Assembly: GCA_965209055.1 (NCBI GenBank)
Contig: OZ242374.1
Span: 640,001 to 704,000, forward strand
DNA from: Acidobacteriota bacterium
GTDB taxonomy: Bacteria > Acidobacteriota > UBA6911 > RPQK01 > JAJDTT01
Direction of reading: 5' to 3'
Length of the DNA stretch: 64,000 nt
The position numbers and the translations under genes are program-made. This document shows positions 19,508 through 28,559 of this stretch, piece after piece (position 1 is the stretch's first letter; every line of letters starts with the position of its first letter). The notes under the pieces are model-generated. The model ran no database searches. It was not told the DNA's origin and worked only from the letters and a program-made list of their open reading frames with translations.

Positions 19508-19741
19508 ATGGGCAGTTTGAGCATCAGAAATCTCGATGACCACATCATCACCCGCCTGCGTCTGCGCGCGACGCGACGCGGAGTATCCATGGAGGAAGAA
19601 GTCCGTTCGATTCTGCGAACGGCGGTATCCTCCTCCGAGCGCTTGGGAGATTTGGCCACCGAGCTTTTTGGTCCGAAACATGGCGTCAACGTCGACTTTG
19701 AGCCGCGCTCGCCGCATGCTCCACCGAACATCCTCGAATGA
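19508..19741 (+). CDS. FitA-like ribbon-helix-helix antitoxin (plasmid stability protein)
   Basis: MGSLSIRNLDDHIITRLRLRATRRGVSMEEEVRSIL; GGAG SD upstream of ATG 19508. Confidence 0.88.
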   Translation: MGSLSIRNLDDHIITRLRLRATRRGVSMEEEVRSILRTAVSSSERLGDLATELFGPKHGVNVDFEPRSPHAPPNILE

Positions 19742-19800
19742 TCGTGCTGGACGCTAACGTTGTCTCGGAGGTCACTAAGGCTGCGGTATGGCTCTCGTGA
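19738..19800 (+). pseudogene. Truncated PIN-domain (VapC/FitB-like) toxin
   Basis: ATGA overlap with antitoxin stop; reads MIVLDANVVSEVTKAAVWLS*, i.e. the MIVLDTNVVSE PIN start followed by a stop at codon 21. Confidence 0.82.
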
Positions 19801-19913
19801 ATCCGTCCGCCACGCGGGCACCGTAACTGCCGCCGGTCGAGTCCGCCTGTTCGGTGACCCGATTCTACCGACCTGCCTTCCACGTGGATCGCCTAATCTT
19901 GCTCGCGAGGGGC

Positions 19914-19922
19914 TGCTATACT
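19914..19922 (+). promoter_or_regulatory. Extended -10 promoter element for tRNA-Leu
   Basis: TGcTATACT about 33 nt upstream of the tRNA. Confidence 0.5.
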
Positions 19923-19954
19923 TTCAGCCGGAACCGCCAGTTCCTTTGACGGGA

Positions 19955-20043
19955 GCCGGAGTGGCGGAATTGGCAGACGCACCAGACTCAAAATCTGGCG
20001 GGTGGCGACACCCGTGGGGGTTCGACTCCCCCCTCCGGCACCA
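19955..20043 (+). tRNA. tRNA-Leu (anticodon CAA)
   Basis: Acceptor GCCGGAG/CTCCGGC-A-CCA, D arm TGGCGGAATTGGCAGAC, anticodon stem CCAGA-CTCAAAA-TCTGG, long variable arm, T loop GGTTCGACTCC. Confidence 0.97.
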
Positions 20044-20061
20044 CTTTTGGGGGGGGTGGCG

Positions 20062-20090
20062 TTGACTTCCTTTTCTTCTCTTGCTACACA
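20062..20090 (+). promoter_or_regulatory. Possible sigma70 promoter for the TonB receptor gene
   Basis: TTGACT-N17-TACACA with TG upstream of the -10; imperfect -10. Confidence 0.35.
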
Positions 20091-20291
20091 TTTCTCTATA
20101 CCGTTTGCATCCCAGTGCGATGTGTGTGTCTTTGACTGAATGGCGCATCCGCAAGACTCGGAGTCTCGGCGACTGACTTTGCCCAGCCAATATCGACAGA
20201 GTTCCGCCACGGCTCGTGGTGAACGCCGGATTCCAAGCAACCGTAGCGGACGAAGAGACTTCGGTTCCGCAACTCATTAATGGGAGGGTTC

Positions 20292-23200
20292 ATGAGACCG
20301 ACAATCCACCTGTTTTCCTGCCTTCTACTAGTGCTGATCCTCGGCTTCCAGCTCGGTGGACCGGTTCAGGCGCAGCGCGCCCAGCAGGGCGCCGGAAACA
20401 TCCAGGGGACCGTCACCGACGAATCGGGCGGCTTGATCCCGGGTGTGGAGGTGACCGCGCGAAACGTAGCCACCGGCATCGAGAGGATGTCGGTGACCGG
20501 CGACAGCGGCTACTACCTGATCCAGGCCCTCGGGATCGGCGAATATGAGATCTCGGCCGGCTTGACCGGATTCAAGACCAAGGTCGTGACCGGACAGCGA
20601 GTCACCTCGGAACTGACCCGGACGGTCGATATCGTGCTCGAGGTCGGCGACGTGACCGAAACGGTCACCGTCGCGGGTCAGGCGACACTGGTCAAAATGA
20701 CCGACACCACCGTGGCCCACGCCCAGGACTCGGAAGTGCTGGAAGTCCTTCCGGTCCACATGAGCTTCTTTGTCCGGCAGTCCATGGTGCTGATCAACAC
20801 CCTGCCCGGTGTGATCTTCAAGCCCACCTGGGACGGGAACAAGGGGACCATCCACGGTGTGGGCGACAACGGACCCCACCGGAACCCCCTCGGGTACAAC
20901 ACCGACGGTCATCAGAGCAGCATCAACTGGCATCAGGGGCTGCGCGACGAAACGGGTCCTGCGCCCGAGTTGATCGAAGAGTTTCGCATCGAGACCAATC
21001 AGGACGCGGAGAAGGGGTTCAACTCCGGGGTGTCCGTCGAGATGATCACCAAGTCGGGAACCAACGAATTCCACGGGAGTGGTTTCTTGTTTCACCGCAA
21101 CGACATCCTGGACGCGCGCCGGTGGACCGCCTCCGGGAAGGGCGAACAGATCCAGAACGAGTGGGGCTTCATTCTGGGGGGCCCCATCGTCCAGGACAAG
21201 GCCTTCTTCATGATGAACTACACCGGTTACGAGTGGTCCACGCAACCGAGCGGACGGATCGGAACCGTCCAGACCGAGCTCATGCGGCAAGGGAACTTCA
21301 CCGAGATCCTCGGTGCGTCCCTCGGGACCGACGTCCTGGGCCGGGAAGTCCGGGCCGGCATGATCTACGATCCCCTCACCACCCGGCCCGACGGGCAGGG
21401 CGGCTTCCTGCGTGATCCCTTTCCCAACAACACGATTCCCGACAGCCGAATCGGCGGTGTCGCCAAGCACCTCATGACGGCGTATCCGGGACCGAACCGG
21501 GGCGGACTGACCAACAACTACGAGGGCGAGGGTTCCGACATCTTCGACATCGACAAGGTCTATCTCAAGACCGACATCGAGCATGAGGACCACAAGGTCA
21601 CCATCGGCTGGGAAGACACCCCCAATATGAAGTTGAGCTTCCTGTCGCCGGCCAACCGGCTGAACAGCGTCGCGGTCGAAAGCCGCGGCGTCCGGGTTCG
21701 CCTCAATCACCTTTGGACGGTAAATCCGTCTCTCCTCTTCAGCACCCGGCTCGGAATCAACCGGATCACCTACGGAGAGGGAAAATTGCCGCCCGCCTCG
21801 GACCACTGTCCGGGTGGTTGCGTCCAGGGTGCGTTGACCACCGCGATTCCCAGACTAAGGATTCAGAGCGCGGTGGGAGGCGGTTTCGGCGACAACACCG
21901 ACACGGCCCAACACTTCCAGTCGACGGTTCCCGTCTTCATGGACCTGTCCTGGACCAGCGGGAACCACAACGTGAAGGTCGGCGCCCAGCTCAGCATCTG
22001 GGCTGGAAAATTTCTCGTGGAAAACCACACGGCCGGCACCTACACCTTCCGCAACCGCACCAGCGGCCTGCCCGGTTATCCGGACACGGGTGACGGATTT
22101 GCCTCCTTCCTCATGGGCGACGTGGACGAAGTCCTCCAGGAGACCGCCAGCGCCAGGAAGGTCACCAGCTACAGTTGGGCCTTCTACGTTCAGGACTCCT
22201 GGCGAACGACGCCGAAGCTGACCATCAACTACGGCCTCCGCTGGGAGATCCCCATACCTTTCCACGAGTCTCACCGGCGCTGGGGCCTCATGGACATCCA
22301 CACTCCCAATCCGGAGGCGGGCGGCCTCCCGGGCGGCCTCACCTTCTACGGAGAGGGAGAGGGACGCAACGGGCGGGTCCGGGCGTTCAATGTCGGCTTC
22401 AGGAGTTTCGGGCCGCGGCTGGGTTTTGCCTATCAATTGAACGAAAAGACCGTGGCGCGGGCCTATTACGGACTGATGTACTTCCCCATGAACGGGGAAA
22501 TGGGCAATGGCTCCGGCATGCCCAACCAGGGTTTCGGCGCCTCGGTGACCGCAACGACCCCGGACTTCGGTCTGACGCCGGCCCTCAATTGGGATCAGGG
22601 AATCAGCATTCTGCCCACCAACCTGCCTTTCCTGAATCCTTCCCTGATCAACGGCTCCTCGGTCGGTTTCGTGGACGTCAACGAGACCCAGCAGGGGACC
22701 GCCCAGAGGTTGGGTCTGGCCATCGAGCGGGAGCTCCCCTGGGATATGGTGTTCACCGCCGAATACATCGGTCTCTTGGGCCACGGCGTCATCGGCACCC
22801 AGATCGCCCGTTACAACCAATTGCCCCTGAGCTATCTGGCTCTCGGCAACCTCCTGCTGCAGGATATCGATTCCCAGGCTGCCAGAGACGCCGGCTACAC
22901 CCGGCCCTATCCGGGATTCACCGGGACCGTGGGGCAGTCCCAGCGGCGCTTTCCCCAGTACAACTGGGTGGCCCAGTTGAACTCCCACTCGGGTTTCAAC
23001 CTATACCACTCGGGCATCTTCATACTGCAGAAGCGGTTCTCCTCCGGGTTGAACTTCATGTTGTCGCACACCATTGCCAAATCGCTGACCTCGGGGGACG
23101 TCCGGGAGAGGGGCAGCTTCGCGCCCCGCGCCGGGTCCTCCTTGCAGCATTGGGATACCTGGAGTTCCTCCAAGACGCTCGTGCCGTTCAACCGCTCTTG

Positions 23201-23759
23201 GGCGACCAAGGCAAGCTTTTCTTGGGAACTGCCCTTCGGACGAGGCAAAGCCATCGGCGGCGGCGTTGGCCGATTGGGCAACCTGCTGGTCGGCGGCTGG
23301 AGAGTCGCGGGTCACATCGTCTACCACGCCGGCAATCCCCTGACCGTCGGGACGGGACAGTTCCTTCCCTATATGGGACCTGCGTGGGCGGTCTGGAATC
23401 ACGGCGTCGGGGTCACGACCGGCGTCAATTGCGGCGACTACGATCCCAACCAGACGGGACGAGACCGTATCTTCAATCCCGCAGCATTCAGCACCGCGCC
23501 CAATTTCACGTTGGGGAACTTCCGCGTCCATCCCAGTGCGCAAAACTGCGGATTCATGCAGGAAGACATTTCCATCATGAAGGATTTCCAGATCAGCGAG
23601 GGCGTGAGTTTCCGCTTCGCGGCGGAGATGTTCAACGCCTTCAACCGGGTCAACTGGCGCGAGGCGGGCAACAACGTGGACAGTCCCCAGGGTTTCGGAA
23701 AAATCGGCAACACCTTGGATCCGCGGATCATTCAGCTCTACTGGAAGATCAACTTCTGA
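20292..23759 (+). CDS. TonB-dependent receptor (Oar-like) with N-terminal carboxypeptidase regulatory-like domain
   Basis: Signal peptide, GTVTDESGGLIPGVEVT, ITKSGTNEFHGS, YVQDSWRTTPKLTINYGLRWE, FGPRLGFAY, EMFNAFN, C-terminal PRIIQLYWKINF; SD GGAGG. Confidence 0.93.
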   Translation: MRPTIHLFSCLLLVLILGFQLGGPVQAQRAQQGAGNIQGTVTDESGGLIPGVEVTARNVATGIERMSVTGDSGYYLIQALGIGEYEISAGLTGFKTKVVTGQRVTSELTRTVDIVLEVGDVTETVTVAGQATLVKMTDTTVAHAQDSEVLEVLPVHMSFFVRQSMVLINTLPGVIFKPTWDGNKGTIHGVGDNGPHRNPLGYNTDGHQSSINWHQGLRDETGPAPELIEEFRIETNQDAEKGFNSGVSVEMITKSGTNEFHGSGFLFHRNDILDARRWTASGKGEQIQNEWGFILGGPIVQDKAFFMMNYTGYEWSTQPSGRIGTVQTELMRQGNFTEILGASLGTDVLGREVRAGMIYDPLTTRPDGQGGFLRDPFPNNTIPDSRIGGVAKHLMTAYPGPNRGGLTNNYEGEGSDIFDIDKVYLKTDIEHEDHKVTIGWEDTPNMKLSFLSPANRLNSVAVESRGVRVRLNHLWTVNPSLLFSTRLGINRITYGEGKLPPASDHCPGGCVQGALTTAIPRLRIQSAVGGGFGDNTDTAQHFQSTVPVFMDLSWTSGNHNVKVGAQLSIWAGKFLVENHTAGTYTFRNRTSGLPGYPDTGDGFASFLMGDVDEVLQETASARKVTSYSWAFYVQDSWRTTPKLTINYGLRWEIPIPFHESHRRWGLMDIHTPNPEAGGLPGGLTFYGEGEGRNGRVRAFNVGFRSFGPRLGFAYQLNEKTVARAYYGLMYFPMNGEMGNGSGMPNQGFGASVTATTPDFGLTPALNWDQGISILPTNLPFLNPSLINGSSVGFVDVNETQQGTAQRLGLAIERELPWDMVFTAEYIGLLGHGVIGTQIARYNQLPLSYLALGNLLLQDIDSQAARDAGYTRPYPGFTGTVGQSQRRFPQYNWVAQLNSHSGFNLYHSGIFILQKRFSSGLNFMLSHTIAKSLTSGDVRERGSFAPRAGSSLQHWDTWSSSKTLVPFNRSWATKASFSWELPFGRGKAIGGGVGRLGNLLVGGWRVAGHIVYHAGNPLTVGTGQFLPYMGPAWAVWNHGVGVTTGVNCGDYDPNQTGRDRIFNPAAFSTAPNFTLGNFRVHPSAQNCGFMQEDISIMKDFQISEGVSFRFAAEMFNAFNRVNWREAGNNVDSPQGFGKIGNTLDPRIIQLYWKINF

Positions 23760-23827
23760 GGATCGCCGCCGACGGGCTGCACCATGGAAACAGGGTTGTC
23801 ACCATTCAGATGCAAAGGTCATAAACA

Positions 23828-24244
23828 ATGAAAGCCATCTCTTTGTTCCTTACGGTCCTCCTGGTCTTCTCGACGAGTCTGCAGGCCGGGCCCATCCCGG
23901 CTCAGAAGGCGATTCACCTCGTGTCGATCGAGGAGCTGAAGGGCCAGATCTCGGAACGGACGGCCGAACGCGCCGAAAATATTCGTGAAGTTCAGACCCT
24001 GCTCCGTCAGCCGGCGGTGCAGGATCGTCTGGGACACCTCTACGACCTGGAGCAGATCGCGGTCGCGGTACCCACGCTGGACGACCAGACACTGGCCCGG
24101 CTGGCGCGGGAAAGCGCTCAGATGAACGAGCAGTTCCAAGCCGGCCTGCTCGGCCTGTCATTCATGAGCTGGGTGGTCATCACGGGCCTCATCGTTTTCA
24201 CCGTGCTCGTTCTGATTCACACGTATGACCGGGGAGAACCCTGA
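23828..24244 (+). CDS. PA2779-like exported protein with hydrophobic C-terminal segment
   Basis: Signal peptide (SLQA|G), helical core VQTLLRQPAVQDRL…VAVPTLDDQTLARLA…QFQAG, then a ~24-aa hydrophobic tail. Confidence 0.65.
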   Translation: MKAISLFLTVLLVFSTSLQAGPIPAQKAIHLVSIEELKGQISERTAERAENIREVQTLLRQPAVQDRLGHLYDLEQIAVAVPTLDDQTLARLARESAQMNEQFQAGLLGLSFMSWVVITGLIVFTVLVLIHTYDRGEP

Positions 24245-24295
24245 CGCGTCACCGCGTGTAGGCGCGGCCGTTACTTCCCGCTCGGAAATCTCACC

Positions 24296-24338
24296 ATCGG
24301 GCTGGCCGCGCATGCCGCGGCCAGCCCGATATTTGTTA
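24296..24338 (+). terminator. Intrinsic terminator-like hairpin
   Basis: Perfect 15-bp stem ATCGGGCTGGCCGCG-CATGC-CGCGGCCAGCCCGAT followed by ATTTGTTA. Confidence 0.6.
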
Positions 24339-24402
24339 TAGTCGCCTGATACGGCGTTCGGTTCCGCTCGCGAGTCCGGGAACGCTTCGACCAGTCGCGA
24401 TT

Positions 24403-26040
24403 ATGAAGAAGCAACACCACCCTCCGTTGCTGTCTCTGCTCCTCCTCATTGCGTCGCTTTCCTTTTCCGGCCCCGTGCTGGCCAAAGAAAAGGACGAGAA
24501 GAGAGACACCTCCGCCGTTCAAAAAGAGGAAGCGGAGGATTACTACCAGCGCTGGCTGAACCAGGATGTCACCTACATCATCAGCGACGAGGAGGAATCG
24601 GTCTTCAACAGCCTGACCAGCCCGGAGGAGAAGGAGTTGTTCATCGAACAGTTCTGGCGTCGCCGGGACCCGGACCTGAGGACGGCCATCAACGAATTCA
24701 AGGAAGAGCACTATCGGCGCATCGCCTACGTCAATGAGCGATTCTACGCCGGGGTGCCGGGCTGGAAAACGGACCGGGGGATGATCTACATCCTCCATGG
24801 ACCGCCTCATGAAATTGAGAGCTATGTGACCGGGGGCAATTACAATCGCTCCTTCAGCGAGGGCGGCGGCAGTACGGTGGTCCACCCCTTGGAGGTGTGG
24901 CGCTACCGGCACCTCGAGGGTGTCGGGGACGACATCGTTCTGGAATTCGTGGACCGCACCTACACGGGGACGTACAAGCTGGCCCTGTTCCCCGACGAAA
25001 AGGACGCCCTGCTCCATTTCGATGGATATGGCCTGACCCTGTCGGAACAGTGGGGCATCAGCGACAAGCAGCATCGTCCTTCCCTGATCGGCGGCAGGAG
25101 CACCGCCTACGAAACCCGGCTCCACAACAACAACCCCTTCCAGCGCTACGAGATCTTCTCTCGGGTCATGGTCCCCAAGAAGATCAAGTACAATGACCTC
25201 AAGGAGTTGGTCAAAGTGGAGATTGGTTTTTCCAACCTCCCCTTCCGGGTTCAAAGCGACTACTTCAAGCTCAACGACGGTCAGGTCCTGGTTCCCGTCA
25301 CCGTCGAGATCCGAAACAAGTTCCTTTCGTTCGAGCCCGAAGGCGAAGTGCACTCGGCCCGGGTCGGACTCTACGGCGTCGTCACCAGCCTCACCAACAA
25401 GTTCATCGAAGAATTCGATCAGGACCTGGTGATTTCGTTCGGACCCGAACGGCTGATGAGGGGCCTGGAGGGGCGGGCGACCTACCAGAAGGTCCTGCTT
25501 CTGGACAGCGGCACCCGCTACAAGCTCGACCTGATCATGAAGGACCTGACCAGCAACAACATCGGCGCCGTCAAGCATGGCATCATTCCACCGTCCAGCA
25601 TGCGGCAAAGGGAGAAGCTGAGCAGCAGCTCAATGCTGCTTTCCAATTACATGCAGGAGCTTCCCGAGGCGCCGGACCAGGACCAGATGTTCGTCCTGGG
25701 AGACGTCAAGATCCGGCCCAGTCTCGACAAGAGCTTTTCCAAGAAGCTCCCGCTGGGCGTCTACCTGCACCTCTACAACTTCGGCATGGACCAAGCCTCA
25801 AATTCTCCCCAGATGCAGGTGTCCTACCGAATCTCCCGCGACGGCGAAGTCATCGGCGAAGCCACCGACAGCCGCGGAGAATCGGTCCAGTTCTTCTCCG
25901 ACCGGAGAATGGTCCTGCTCAAGAGGTTGAGCCTGCGCACCCTGGAACCCGGCAAATACCGGCTCGAAGTCGAGGCCTGGGACCAGGTCAAGGACGTCAG
26001 GACCAGGATCCAGGAAAACTTCCAGGTCCAGGGAAGCTAG
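24403..26040 (+). CDS. GWxTD domain-containing exported protein
   Basis: WLNQDVTYII…FIEQFWRRRDP…NEFKEEHYRRIAY…PGWKTDRGMIYILHGPP; C-terminal Ig-like domains. Confidence 0.92.
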   Translation: MKKQHHPPLLSLLLLIASLSFSGPVLAKEKDEKRDTSAVQKEEAEDYYQRWLNQDVTYIISDEEESVFNSLTSPEEKELFIEQFWRRRDPDLRTAINEFKEEHYRRIAYVNERFYAGVPGWKTDRGMIYILHGPPHEIESYVTGGNYNRSFSEGGGSTVVHPLEVWRYRHLEGVGDDIVLEFVDRTYTGTYKLALFPDEKDALLHFDGYGLTLSEQWGISDKQHRPSLIGGRSTAYETRLHNNNPFQRYEIFSRVMVPKKIKYNDLKELVKVEIGFSNLPFRVQSDYFKLNDGQVLVPVTVEIRNKFLSFEPEGEVHSARVGLYGVVTSLTNKFIEEFDQDLVISFGPERLMRGLEGRATYQKVLLLDSGTRYKLDLIMKDLTSNNIGAVKHGIIPPSSMRQREKLSSSSMLLSNYMQELPEAPDQDQMFVLGDVKIRPSLDKSFSKKLPLGVYLHLYNFGMDQASNSPQMQVSYRISRDGEVIGEATDSRGESVQFFSDRRMVLLKRLSLRTLEPGKYRLEVEAWDQVKDVRTRIQENFQVQGS

Positions 26041-26067
26041 GAGGGGCGACTTTCCTGTCGCCCATTC
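26039..26067 (+). repeat. REP-like palindrome
   Basis: AGGAGGGGCGACTTTCCTGTCGCCCATTC; 26040-26067 is the exact reverse complement of 28483-28510. Confidence 0.8.
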
Positions 26068-26102
26068 TTTCTTTTCTTACAACGTGAACGGGAGTTCGGC
26101 GG

Positions 26103-27818
26103 CTAGAAGCCGTCGCGCCAAGCCCCCGCTCCAACGCTGGGAAGCCCGGCCCAGTGATGAAAGGTCCGGCTCCTCGTATCCAGCCCCAGGAAAACATTCA
26201 GGAACTCCTGACCAAACACCGTGAGTCTCAAACCCACCCCAACGTCCTGAAACCACTCCCCCTCTCCCGGAAAAAACGGCCTGCCCGAGATGAACGCCGT
26301 ATCGCTGAAGACGAATCCCCCCACCTCGAGGAGCCCCCACCTCCACAGCCTCCGCCCCAGTTCCGCGCCCAGGAGAACAAAATCGCGCCCCATGGGACTG
26401 TTCCCTTTCCGGCCGTCCAGCAGTTCGGGATGAGCCTTGAGAGGCAACCGCGCGTCGGGCCCGATCCCGAAGAGAAAATAGTGATCCAGCGGCAGGTCCC
26501 GGCCCGAGACTCCACCCTGAATCGACAATCTCATCCGGGACTCCGTTTTCCCGGCCAGCGTCCAATCGATCCCCAAGCCTGACATCATCCTGTGGGAAGG
26601 ATCCCCCCCTCCCGCAAGAGGCGAAAAGGCATCGAACCGGGCCATCCAACTCAACCGGGCGTTCTCCCCCGCGTCGAGGCCCCAAAGCTGATTCCATTCC
26701 AGTCCCGCGGCCAGAAGATGAGGACTCCGTGTAACCTGGCTGGCGTCTCCGCCGAATCGAAATTTCTGGCGCTGGTATCCGCCGTGAAAGGCCAGGGACC
26801 TGCGTGCGGACATCAACCATTCGTAGCCGCCGAAGACCTTTTCCGTCCGGTAGTCATATTCCGTACCCGATGCGGCGTGGCTCCACTCCTCGTCCCGGAC
26901 ATCGAAGCCAAGACGCAACAGGTCGGAAGAAGACGAAACAAACGGAAACCAGGCGGATGCCCCGGCCCGTTTCCGGGGAGCGTCCCACCGAACCCCTCCC
27001 GCCAATCGCCGGCCCCGGCCGTCCCGCAACCCGAGACCGATCTCCCGATTGAGGACGGCTCGGGAGGAGTTTTCGATCAGGAACCCGGTCTTGTTGGAAA
27101 AAGAGTCGCTGGCTGGAGGAAGATCGACACGTAGATCCCAACGTCCCCCGGGCTGTGGGTCGAGCTGCCATCCGAACCGGGGTCCCAGCCTGAACCTGGT
27201 CTGGACCCAATACGCCTGCAGGAGCTGCCTCCGGTCCAGGACCTCCCCTTCATTGAATCGGAAGAGGGACTCCACCAGTTTCGGCGCCGCGTCCTCGGAA
27301 GCCGCGACCTGGATCTGAGCGATTTGAGGCTCGCCCAGCAGATTCCAGTGGTGCAGAGCCTCCAGCCGCCGGTCCTGGAGGTAGGAAAGGATGGCCAGGA
27401 AGCTCCGGGCGTAGCTGTTACTCGGGTCCAGCTGCAGCGCTGTCCCCAGGCTGGCTCGGGCCTTGTCCCTCCGGTCCTGTTTGAAATAAACGCCGGCCAA
27501 CTCCGCGTGGGCCGCCGCGTCGCCGGGCCTCAGGCGGACGGCGCGCTCCAGTTCCCGTTCGGCTTCGGCCCAACGCTCCTGCTTGGCCAGGGCCATGCCG
27601 AGCAGAAAGGTGGCCTCGCCGTTGGACGCCTCCTGTTGCAGAGCCTGCCGGAAGAGCAACTCGGCAGACTCGTATCGCTCCGCCTCCAGTTCCGTTCGGC
27701 CGCGGGAGAGTAGCTCTTCCGTGCCGGAGGCCAAGCCGGCCGGAGCGAAAAGCAGGCTCAGCAATACCAAGAGGGAGACGCGGACGGAAATCGGCGCCGG
27801 CCGGAAGTGCCCGAGCAT
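26103..27818 (-). CDS. TPR + POTRA-like + Omp85-like beta-barrel outer membrane protein
   Basis: Signal peptide, ~4 TPRs, POTRA-like IAQIQV…FRFNEGEVLDRRQL, amphipathic beta strands, FSDTA…FQDVGVGLRL, terminal Phe. Confidence 0.65.
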   Translation of the reverse strand: MLGHFRPAPISVRVSLLVLLSLLFAPAGLASGTEELLSRGRTELEAERYESAELLFRQALQQEASNGEATFLLGMALAKQERWAEAERELERAVRLRPGDAAAHAELAGVYFKQDRRDKARASLGTALQLDPSNSYARSFLAILSYLQDRRLEALHHWNLLGEPQIAQIQVAASEDAAPKLVESLFRFNEGEVLDRRQLLQAYWVQTRFRLGPRFGWQLDPQPGGRWDLRVDLPPASDSFSNKTGFLIENSSRAVLNREIGLGLRDGRGRRLAGGVRWDAPRKRAGASAWFPFVSSSSDLLRLGFDVRDEEWSHAASGTEYDYRTEKVFGGYEWLMSARRSLAFHGGYQRQKFRFGGDASQVTRSPHLLAAGLEWNQLWGLDAGENARLSWMARFDAFSPLAGGGDPSHRMMSGLGIDWTLAGKTESRMRLSIQGGVSGRDLPLDHYFLFGIGPDARLPLKAHPELLDGRKGNSPMGRDFVLLGAELGRRLWRWGLLEVGGFVFSDTAFISGRPFFPGEGEWFQDVGVGLRLTVFGQEFLNVFLGLDTRSRTFHHWAGLPSVGAGAWRDGF

Positions 27819-27867
27819 ACGCCGGACATTGTAGTCAGTCGCGATTTCGGTTGTTGCCGCAGCCGGC

Positions 27868-28413
27868 TCAGGATGAAGTCGCGGGGATGACCAGAAGCGT
27901 CCAGTTTTCCAGCCGCGACCGCTGCTGCGCCATTTCTCCCGCCGGCCGCCGCTGATAGGGTCCCTTTACGGGATCGTGCACGATCCATTCCCGGCGGGAT
28001 TCGTCCCAGCCCACCAGCACCACATAATGATTGTTGGTCGTCAGGATGGACGGGTCGATCACGGTGATCAGTGGCCGTCCCTGCCGCAGGTGATCGAGCA
28101 TTTCGGCAGCGTCGCCGGCGAAGGAGTAGGCCTGGAACCCCTCCGCAGTAGCGAGCTTTTTCAGTTCGAGACCGCTCAGGCCCTTTTTCGGAAAGGGTTG
28201 GAAACGTCCCGCCAACTCACGATGATCGGCCGGATGCTTCCAGTAACGCAGCAGCATGGCGAGCACGGCGGGACCGCAGTAGTTCTCCGCCTGGCGGACA
28301 TAGGGGACTTCCAGGAAGAATCCCTTGGCGGGCGATTCCTCTTCTGCGTGTACGGTGAGGACCGATACGGCCAGCATCAGAATGAAAAGGACCCAGACCG
28401 GAAGCCTCAACAA
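27868..28413 (-). CDS. Exported C39-like cysteine peptidase (PA2778-like catalytic domain)
   Basis: VPYVRQAENYCGPAVLAM (Q,C), NNHYVVLVG (H), VHDP (D); signal peptide ending VHA|EE; start uncertain (TTG 28413 or ATG 28377) because REPs occupy 28432-28539. Confidence 0.85.
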   Translation of the reverse strand: MLRLPVWVLFILMLAVSVLTVHAEEESPAKGFFLEVPYVRQAENYCGPAVLAMLLRYWKHPADHRELAGRFQPFPKKGLSGLELKKLATAEGFQAYSFAGDAAEMLDHLRQGRPLITVIDPSILTTNNHYVVLVGWDESRREWIVHDPVKGPYQRRPAGEMAQQRSRLENWTLLVIPATSS

Positions 28414-28431
28414 TTCTGGTGGAAAACCGGT

Positions 28432-28539
28432 GGGAGCGGCGGCTTTCTTGCCGCCGATTCTCGTGAGTGCGTGCGAAAGATAGAATGGGCGACAGGAAAG
28501 TCGCCCCTCCCAACGGGGGACACGAATGTCCCCCCTCCT
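28432..28539. repeat. Cluster of three REP-like palindromes (one forward, two reverse)
   Basis: GGGAGCGGCGGCTTTCTTGCCGCCGATTC; GAATGGGCGACAGGAAAGTCGCCCCTCC; CGGGGGACACGAATGTCCCCCCTCCT. Confidence 0.8.
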
Positions 28540-28559
28540 GGCACCACACGTTAATCGAA

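Noticed and set aside
19955-20043. Prophage or island integrated at tRNA-Leu
   Set aside because: No integrase and no duplicated tRNA 3' end seen in the window.
23828-28413. Classical bacteriocin/RiPP cluster
   Set aside because: No ABC transporter, modification enzyme or immunity gene; precursor and peptidase carry Sec-type signals, so it is kept only as a non-canonical candidate.
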